Assembly (NCBI GenBank): GCA_963822145.1
Contig: CAWGGG010000004.1
Coordinates: 1,252,972-1,316,971 of the forward strand
Direction of reading: 5' to 3'
Length of the DNA: 64,000 nt
From: an uncultured Bacteroidales bacterium
GTDB taxonomy: Bacteria > Bacteroidota > Bacteroidia > Bacteroidales > UBA10428
Shown: piece after piece, positions 57,643 to 64,000 of the stretch
Layout: each line of letters opens with the position of its first letter
How positions within the stretch are numbered: position 1 is the first letter of the stretch
Notes under the pieces: generated by a model
The model's input: only the letters and a program-made list of their open reading frames with translations
What the model was told of the DNA's origin: nothing
The model's database searches: none
Position numbers and translations under genes: made by a program

Positions 57643-58158
57643 TTATTCTTCCTTTATATCCAATTGTAACTGACGGGTATGGTAGTTAAAAGAATACCCC
57701 TGCTCCCAGGTACCTCGGGTAACAATAACCAGATTGTTCTGATCTTCATAAAGATCAAGGAGGAGCATATTGGTCAGCATAAAAGGTTTATGGCTGCTAC
57801 CAGGCCAATTGCCTTTAAAGTAGAGCCAGATGAAATCCTCATCCTGTTCTTTCCGGACATATTCGTAACGTAGCGTATCCTTTCCGCTAAACAGGATCAA
57901 CGATTTGCCCAGGTACCTGTTGAGCAGGGTGAGCTGATCGCCGGAAAAATCCCGGCTTATTTCAGGGTTGATCTGAACCTCATACAGGTGGTAAAACAAC
58001 AGGTTGAAATCGCTCGCGTATAATTTTATGGACAAGGATACTGCTTTCTTATCCGTATCAATTTCAATACTGGTAAAAGATACATGCATGGGGTGAAATT
58101 CCAGGGATGAAAGGAGCATGAAAGAAAAAAGGATTGTCATTATTTGGTTCAATAGCAT
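57643..58158 (-). CDS. Hypothetical secreted protein (DUF6702-like HPMHVS motif)
   Basis: The ATG at 58158 gives MLLNQIMTILFSFMLLSSLEFHPMHVSFTSIEID... The track start at 58179 is a TTG. The family call is from memory only. Confidence 0.5.
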   Translation of the reverse strand: MLLNQIMTILFSFMLLSSLEFHPMHVSFTSIEIDTDKKAVSLSIKLYASDFNLLFYHLYEVQINPEISRDFSGDQLTLLNRYLGKSLILFSGKDTLRYEYVRKEQDEDFIWLYFKGNWPGSSHKPFMLTNMLLLDLYEDQNNLVIVTRGTWEQGYSFNYHTRQLQLDIKEE

Positions 58159-58332
58159 GTTGTGACGAAACAGCCTCAAAAAATGTACCCTTTTGTATTT
58201 TTTTTAAGGTTCTGGATCAATAATGTTCATCAAAATTTAAAATAGCATGGTCAAGATATTTTCCAAGTCACCATATTTTACCCTATTTTTGTTTCCAACG
58301 TTATGTTTTCAGCTTAAACCTAAATCTGTAAG

Positions 58333-59391
58333 ATGAAGATACTGGTTACCGGAACAGCCGGATTCATTGGATTTCATTTGGCTAAAAAACTCCTTGCCCA
58401 GGGTCATGAAGTTGTCGGACTGGATATTATTAACGATTATTATGATGTTAACCTGAAATATGCACGATTATCTCAAACCGGTATTGACAGGAAAACTATC
58501 GAATACAACCAGGTTGTTGAAAGCACTCTTTTTGCTAACTACCGGTTCGTCAAACTGAAACTGGAGGATCGTGATAACCTCAACAGACTATTCAGACAGG
58601 AGAAATTCGACCGGGTGTGCAATCTGGCTGCTCAGGCAGGGGTTCGCTACAGTCTTACAAACCCCTATGCTTATATCGACAGCAATATTGTTGGTTTCAT
58701 TAACATCCTGGAGGCTTGCCGTCATAACCATATCGGACATCTCGTGTATGCAAGCAGTTCCAGTGTTTACGGACTTAACGAAAAGATCCCGTTTTCCGAA
58801 AAAGACAATGTGGACCACCCCATCAGCCTGTACGCCGCCTCTAAGAAAAGTAACGAATTGATGGCGCACACCTACAGTCATCTTTTCAGTTTACCTACCA
58901 CAGGACTTAGATTTTTCACTGTTTACGGACCATGGGGAAGACCGGACATGGCTCTTTTCATTTTTACCAAGGCCATCCTCGAAGGGATGCCCATTAAAGT
59001 ATTTAACAAGGGGCAAATGGAACGCGATTTCACCTATATTGATGATATTGTGGAAGGGATTTTCAGGATTCTAACCACTGAACCTCCTGCAGGAAATGTG
59101 CATTGGAGCGGTCAGCAGCCGGATCCCTCAACATCACCCGCCCCCTACAAAATCTACAATATTGGCAACAATACACCGGTGAAAATTATGGATTTCATTC
59201 GTATTCTTGAAAAAACCATCGGAAGAAAGGCTGATATTGAATATTTGCCAATACAAGCCGGCGATGTAAAGAAAACATGGGCTGATGTGGAAAAATTAGA
59301 TAGTGTCTTCAAATACAAGCCAACTTGTTCTGTGGAACTCGGAATCGAAAAGTTCGTTACCTGGTACCACAATTTTTACCAGACTCGTTGA
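58333..59391 (+). CDS. NAD-dependent nucleotide-sugar epimerase (UDP-glucuronate 4-epimerase-like SDR)
   Basis: 352-aa ORF. Motifs MKILVTGTAGFIGFHL, the YxxxK motif (YAASK), and GLRFFTVYGPWGRPDMA. Confidence 0.85.
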   Translation: MKILVTGTAGFIGFHLAKKLLAQGHEVVGLDIINDYYDVNLKYARLSQTGIDRKTIEYNQVVESTLFANYRFVKLKLEDRDNLNRLFRQEKFDRVCNLAAQAGVRYSLTNPYAYIDSNIVGFINILEACRHNHIGHLVYASSSSVYGLNEKIPFSEKDNVDHPISLYAASKKSNELMAHTYSHLFSLPTTGLRFFTVYGPWGRPDMALFIFTKAILEGMPIKVFNKGQMERDFTYIDDIVEGIFRILTTEPPAGNVHWSGQQPDPSTSPAPYKIYNIGNNTPVKIMDFIRILEKTIGRKADIEYLPIQAGDVKKTWADVEKLDSVFKYKPTCSVELGIEKFVTWYHNFYQTR

Positions 59392-59423
59392 AAACTAACC
59401 GAGTGCCTGCAGAAAACCAATCT

Positions 59424-60275
59424 TTAATTCTTCATCCCCTTTATGTCGCCGGCATCACCGCGGTTCTCAATCACGTCAATGATCCGCTGAAACAGCAAGG
59501 GTGCGGCATAAGCGGCAAAATCCGCGCTGGGATGTGAATCATTGTTGCCGGCTGAAAACTTCTCAGGCAGGTAAAGCCCACCTTCCGTTTCCAGACTTCT
59601 GAAATCCCAGATAAAAATATTATCTCCTTTTTCATCCCAGGTATTCACCACCCAATTAAAGAATTCTTTGGCCCTTGCAGCATCTCTTTCATTTGTTTTG
59701 CTTTCCACCAATGCAGCTCCCGTCCAGACTATAAACTTTGTGTCAGGGAATTGTCTCATTTTTTCCTTCAGTGCTGCATATTGGAGCTTATAATTTTCAA
59801 TGGTCTTTTCTTCCGAATCGGCGCCGGGCATTCCAGTCGATTCAATAATATTGCTAACGGGGAAGCAGTGCTTGAAAATGATCACATCGAAATTCTTAGT
59901 GAGCATTTCCAGTGTCGGTTCATCTTGGTATGGACTTTCTCCGGAATTCTTTACCCATATATTGTAATAATCATACGGATAATTCTTCCAACCGTAGGGT
60001 TCCATTTTAGGAAAATACTGACTTTCAAACTGGTAATGGGTATTATTTTCGCGGTTGTAGCGCAGGAATGATTTCTCGATGGTTCCTTTCACACCAAGCT
60101 TAAACAGTATTCTTGATGTTTTACCACGCAGGATGACTTTGCCGGTACTGTGATGTAAAAACAGGATTCTGGACGATCTGGACATAGAAATTGTATTATT
60201 TTGTTTATTGCAGGCTATAATCAGGGATAAAGAAAGTATAACCACGACACAGGGAAAAACAAATATTCTCATCAT
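59424..60275 (-). CDS. Hypothetical lipoprotein, SGNH/flavodoxin-like hydrolase-fold candidate
   Basis: The ATG at 60275 gives MMRIFVFPCVVVILSLSLIIAC. The track start at 60284 is a TTG. It shares ordered short motifs with the N-terminal domain of the divergent gene at 60475. Confidence 0.6.
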   Translation of the reverse strand: MMRIFVFPCVVVILSLSLIIACNKQNNTISMSRSSRILFLHHSTGKVILRGKTSRILFKLGVKGTIEKSFLRYNRENNTHYQFESQYFPKMEPYGWKNYPYDYYNIWVKNSGESPYQDEPTLEMLTKNFDVIIFKHCFPVSNIIESTGMPGADSEEKTIENYKLQYAALKEKMRQFPDTKFIVWTGAALVESKTNERDAARAKEFFNWVVNTWDEKGDNIFIWDFRSLETEGGLYLPEKFSAGNNDSHPSADFAAYAAPLLFQRIIDVIENRGDAGDIKGMKN

Positions 60276-60474
60276 GCGGTTCAATTGCAGTTCATTAATA
60301 CACCATGCTAAAAATATAAAATTTTACCTCACTGTCAAAGATATTAGACGTATTCCTTAATAATATTTTTAAATATTCCTTCCAGAAAATTCTCAAACTT
60401 AATTGCTTTATATTAACTTTAAAATATCAGTACAGCTGAAAAAACTATACCAAACCCTAAAACTCTCAGAAATC

Positions 60475-62169
60475 ATGAAAAGAATAGCATTAGCTTTATT
60501 GATTGTGCGTCTCTGTTCTTGCTTAAGCGCACAAGCGCCTGTTATTATTGATCACCGTTGCACCGATTTTTACAAAATCCCGGTTCCCTGGATGGCTGAA
60601 GCCAAATCTGACCTTCACATTGCCTATGGTCATTCCTCCCATGGCAGTCAGCTTAACTCAGGCATGATAGGAATTTACGAACAGTATGGTCCATTTTACG
60701 CATTTGAGCACGGTGGATCAGACGGAGAACTCGATTTGCACAACTATTTTATACGAGGGATTGACCTGGGAGAACCCAATTTCACTGCCTGGGCGGATTC
60801 TACCCGAAAGTACCTGAACAATCCCGCCAATGCTGATGTGAACGTGATCATCTGGTCCTGGTGCGGCCAGTTAAGCTGGGCCACCCAGGATGATGTGGAC
60901 CTGTACCTGGCATTAATGGAGCAATTGGAAAAGGATTACGCAGCAGTTAAATTCGTTTATATGACAGGTCATCTGGATGGCACTGGCATAGGGGGAAATT
61001 TAAACATAAGAAATGAACAAATACGGGCATACTGTAACAGTAACAACAAGATCCTGTTTGATTTTGCAGATATAGAAAGTTATGATCCCGACGGCCTGGT
61101 AAATTACATGGCGTTGGCTGGCAATGATAATTGCGACTATGACTCCGATAATAACGGTAGTCGTGATGCCAATTGGGCCGTTCAGTGGTGCAGTAATAAC
61201 CCCGACAGTTGTTATTACACAGGCAGTTGTGCGCATTCCCAGGCGTTAAACTGTCAGCGAAAAGGAATTGCCGCCTGGTGGCTATGGGCGAGGCTGGCAG
61301 GATGGAACGGTCAGCCTCCCGTAGATCCCCTGATACCGGTAACCGGTATTACCATCAGCGCTGAAGGAGGTGCAGCAAGCATTGACAGTAAAGGTGGCGC
61401 CCTGCAATTGTCTGTTGAAGTCCTTCCGGCAAATGCTTCAGATAAGACGGTTACATGGTCGCTGACCAATGGAACGGGCCAGGCTTCTGTAAGTGCTTCA
61501 GGCCTTGTTACCGCAATTGCTGATGGCACTGTTACCGCCATTGCAACCGCTAATGATGGCTCAGGGATATCAGATTCTTATCCTATAAGTATTTCCAATC
61601 AATCTGTTGATCCCCTGATACCGGTTACCGGTATTACCATCAGCGCTGAAGGAGGTGCCGCAAGCATTGACACTAAAGATGGCACCCTGCAATTGTCCGT
61701 TGAAGTCCTTCCGGCAAATGCTTCAGATAAGTCTGTTGCCTGGTCAGTGACCAACGGTACAGGCCAGGCTTCTGTAACCGCTGCAGGACTTGTTACCGCA
61801 ATTGCTGATGGCACTGTTACTGCCGTTGCAACCGCCAATGATGGCTCAGGCATAACAGATTCTTATCCCATCAGTATTTCCAATCAACAAATACCATCCG
61901 GAATAAAACAAAACGAACCTGATCAATATGGCATCACGCTGGCTGATTGGGAGCTGATAGTAAATATGCCTGAAAATACCCGGTGTCAAACGGTCTCGTT
62001 GTATAACCTGCAGGGCATGCTGGTTGAGAAACTTACGGAACCCAGGAATCCAGCTGTTTTCGATATAGGAGAGCTTCCTTCGGGTTTTTATTTTCTGGTT
62101 ATATCCGGCAATTCAAAGCAAAGCATCATTAAGCTGGTGAAACCTGGACATGAAGTTTCATATTATTGA
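60475..62169 (+). CDS. Secreted protein: hydrolase-like N-domain, 2 x Big_2 (bacterial Ig-like) domains, T9SS type A C-terminal sorting domain
   Basis: Start at MKRIALALLIVRL (ATG at 60475; the track start at 60403 is a TTG). Two 95-aa repeats contain LQLSVEVLPANASDK.V.WS.TNGTGQASV...GLVTAIADGTVTA. The C-terminus is VSLYNLQGMLVEKL...LPSGFYFLVISG...IKLVK. Confidence 0.8.
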   Translation: MKRIALALLIVRLCSCLSAQAPVIIDHRCTDFYKIPVPWMAEAKSDLHIAYGHSSHGSQLNSGMIGIYEQYGPFYAFEHGGSDGELDLHNYFIRGIDLGEPNFTAWADSTRKYLNNPANADVNVIIWSWCGQLSWATQDDVDLYLALMEQLEKDYAAVKFVYMTGHLDGTGIGGNLNIRNEQIRAYCNSNNKILFDFADIESYDPDGLVNYMALAGNDNCDYDSDNNGSRDANWAVQWCSNNPDSCYYTGSCAHSQALNCQRKGIAAWWLWARLAGWNGQPPVDPLIPVTGITISAEGGAASIDSKGGALQLSVEVLPANASDKTVTWSLTNGTGQASVSASGLVTAIADGTVTAIATANDGSGISDSYPISISNQSVDPLIPVTGITISAEGGAASIDTKDGTLQLSVEVLPANASDKSVAWSVTNGTGQASVTAAGLVTAIADGTVTAVATANDGSGITDSYPISISNQQIPSGIKQNEPDQYGITLADWELIVNMPENTRCQTVSLYNLQGMLVEKLTEPRNPAVFDIGELPSGFYFLVISGNSKQSIIKLVKPGHEVSYY

Positions 62170-62298
62170 TCATTAAAATAATATCGTTTGTCCTATCATT
62201 AGATATCTTGATCGAATTCACACAGAACTATTCTTACAATTCAGGATTTTTTTAGATATTTATGCCCGGTAAACATTCTAAATTCAAGCCAAGCGACC

Positions 62299-62559
62299 AT
62301 GGATTACGACCTGATTGAACATAAAGTCATTGATTATGTCAATAAAAATACTCATTGTGACATTCAGCAACTGCAGCCTCAAACGCTGCTTTTCAAAGAA
62401 GGCATTTTTGATTCCATGGCTTTCGTACTCCTGATCGATTTTATTGAACAATCCTATGGAATTAAACCCCAGGATGAAGACCTGGTTGAGGAAAATTTCG
62501 AATCCATAGAAGCTATTTCAAAGTATATCCATCGAAAGATGGAATTTGCTGTCTCTTAG
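62299..62559 (+). CDS. Acyl carrier protein-like (phosphopantetheine-binding) protein
   Basis: 86-aa ORF. It has an FDSMAF motif with a serine in ACP-like context and an acidic helical composition. Confidence 0.65.
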   Translation: MDYDLIEHKVIDYVNKNTHCDIQQLQPQTLLFKEGIFDSMAFVLLIDFIEQSYGIKPQDEDLVEENFESIEAISKYIHRKMEFAVS

Positions 62560-62589
62560 CTGCTTAACCATTCCAAAATCAAGCACATC

Positions 62590-64000
62590 ATGTGCGGAAT
62601 TGCCGGGATTTACAGCCGTTTCGGGCCAATTGGAGATATGGCTCCATGGGTAGAAAATATGCTGGCCCGGATACACTATCGCGGCCCTGATGAAAGCGGT
62701 ATTTACGTCAACAAACAGTTGGCCATGGGCAGCGTAAGGCTAAGCATCATTGACCTGCAGACAGGCCGTCAGCCAATATCCTCACCCGACGGTAAAAACT
62801 GGATTGTATACAACGGAGAGATTTTCAATTATTTAGAGCTTAAAAAGGAACTCCGTCAATTGGGCTTCTCATTCCGGACGGAAAGTGATACAGAAGTATT
62901 GCTGAACGCTTACCTGGCCTATGGGACAGATTGCCTGAACAGGTTAAACGGGCAATTTGTTTTTGCACTTTGGAACAATGAAAAAGAGGAGTTGTTCATG
63001 GCCCGCGACCGGATGGGTATCCGGCCCCTGTTTTATACCTGGGTCAGGAATACCCTCGTCTTTGGTTCAGAGATTAAAACCCTCCTTGAACATCCTGAAG
63101 TCAGGGCAGAAATCGATCCGGCGTCCCTTTCCCAGGTGTTTACCCTTTGGACCACAATACCCCCTGCGACGGCATTTAAGAATATCTATGAACTGCCACC
63201 CGGCCACTTTTTTAAAGTATCCAGCGGACAACAGCAGATTCGTTCATTCTGGTCGCTGAAGTTTCCTCCTGAACAAGACGTTGCTTTTAAGGGAACCATT
63301 GAGGATGCATCGGCAGAATTGTTGCATCTTTTAAAAGATGCCGTAAGGATCAGGCTCAGGGCTGATGTTCCGGTTGCTGCCTACCTGAGCGGCGGACTTG
63401 ATTCCAGCGCCACAACAGCGTTGATCAAAAACCTGGAACCGCAAACCTTGCAGACCTTCTCCATTGGGTTTACTGAAAGTGAGTTTGATGAAACTCCCTA
63501 TCAGTCTGAGGTTTCCAAATATCTCGATACAAAGCATACCGGATTTCTCTGCACGCTGGATGATATTGGGGAATATTTCCCACAGGTGGTTTGGCATGCT
63601 GAAATCCCGCTTTTGCGAACCGCTCCGGTCCCCATGTATTGCCTCTCCAAAAAAGTAAGGGAGCAGCAGATTAAGGTAGTTATTACCGGTGAAGGGGCTG
63701 ATGAGATGCTTGCCGGGTATGATATATTCAAGGAAGCTATTATCCGCGAGTTCTGGTCGAGGCAACCCGAATCAAAATTTAGACCTTTGCTCCTGAACCG
63801 GTTATATCCTTACCTGGCTCAATTTCAAGGCAAAAACAAAGCCCTTCTGAAATTCTTTTATGGTTACAAACTCAGCGACACCGATTCACCATTTTATTCC
63901 CATGCACTGCGCTGGCACAATAACTCCAGCCTGCTGAACTATTTATCACCGGACCTCAGGGCTGTCCTTAACGGGTACAACTGCCTGGATGATCTGGAAA
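62590..64000 (+). CDS. Asparagine synthase (glutamine-hydrolysing)-family amidotransferase, partial (continues beyond the right edge)
   Basis: Hand translation from the ATG at 62590 gives MCGIAGIYSRFGP...YRGPDESGIY...GSVRLSIIDL...YNGEIFNY...SDTEVLL..., then the PP-loop motif SGGLDSS near 63390. It is open to position 64000. It is absent from the ORF track because it runs off the edge. Confidence 0.88.
   Translation, partial: MCGIAGIYSRFGPIGDMAPWVENMLARIHYRGPDESGIYVNKQLAMGSVRLSIIDLQTGRQPISSPDGKNWIVYNGEIFNYLELKKELRQLGFSFRTESDTEVLLNAYLAYGTDCLNRLNGQFVFALWNNEKEELFMARDRMGIRPLFYTWVRNTLVFGSEIKTLLEHPEVRAEIDPASLSQVFTLWTTIPPATAFKNIYELPPGHFFKVSSGQQQIRSFWSLKFPPEQDVAFKGTIEDASAELLHLLKDAVRIRLRADVPVAAYLSGGLDSSATTALIKNLEPQTLQTFSIGFTESEFDETPYQSEVSKYLDTKHTGFLCTLDDIGEYFPQVVWHAEIPLLRTAPVPMYCLSKKVREQQIKVVITGEGADEMLAGYDIFKEAIIREFWSRQPESKFRPLLLNRLYPYLAQFQGKNKALLKFFYGYKLSDTDSPFYSHALRWHNNSSLLNYLSPDLRAVLNGYNCLDDLE

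Noticed and set aside
35194-60474. N-terminal extensions in the ORF track: 35194 TTG, 36150 GTG, 37879, 51241, 58179 TTG, 60284 TTG, 60403 TTG, 18665 TTG.
   Set aside because: The extensions overlap upstream genes or a terminator, or they precede an ATG that yields a proper signal peptide. Shorter starts were adopted, but they remain unverified.
63331-63765. A 144-aa minus-strand ORF, and other small ORFs at 62957-63731.
   Set aside because: They are antisense or off-frame to the AsnB-like gene, whose frame carries MCGIAG and SGGLDSS.

Overview
64-kb chromosomal window that looks Bacteroidota-derived. Evidence: T9SS type A and type B C-terminal sorting domains, a PorP/SprF gene, a FISUMP lipoprotein, a Bacteroidetes-style Arm-domain integrase, and TTTG/TAnnTTTG promoter motifs. 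I found no rRNA, tRNA or CRISPR array.

Layout:
- (1) 1-8.4 kb: a decayed integrase-bearing defence island on the minus strand. It carries a type I R-M operon hsdM, hsdS (multiply disrupted pseudogene) and hsdR (N-terminus only, runs off the edge). It also carries a very AT-rich gene for a TM-NACHT-multiTM STAND NTPase, and a tyrosine integrase split by a 1-nt frameshift.
- (2) 8.7-20.6 kb: FISUMP lipoprotein, MMPL/RND exporter plus LolA-like protein, rsmD, DUF3822-like, RecD-like helicase, TonB-dependent-receptor-like barrel, LuxR regulator, hisI-like gene, and a His-rich membrane protein.
- (3) 20.8-34.9 kb: porP/sprF-like gene preceded by a 13.1-kb SprB-like T9SS adhesin gene (4364 aa). The adhesin gene contains 12 near-identical 267-bp tandem repeats.
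- (4) 35-41.6 kb: secreted sugar-related enzymes and mdh.
- (5) ECF sigma factor, uvrA, two hypothetical secreted proteins, nth.
- (6) 48.1-53.8 kb: aromatic amino-acid operon pheA, DAHP synthase/chorismate mutase, aroB, aroD, aroC, tyrA. It is preceded by a candidate leader peptide (AAFFYFYFW) and a terminator, consistent with an attenuator.
- (7) A second T9SS cargo locus, an epimerase, two distantly related hydrolase-like proteins, an ACP and a partial AsnB-like amidotransferase.

The most unusual non-genic signal is a family of short-period (7-8 bp) tandem arrays at seven loci. Every array lies within about 10 nt of, or overlaps, a stop codon. Two loci are arranged as long inverted pairs, and one is flanked by a 14-bp direct repeat.

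All coordinates of small features were hand-indexed. No similarity search, folding or composition computation could be run.
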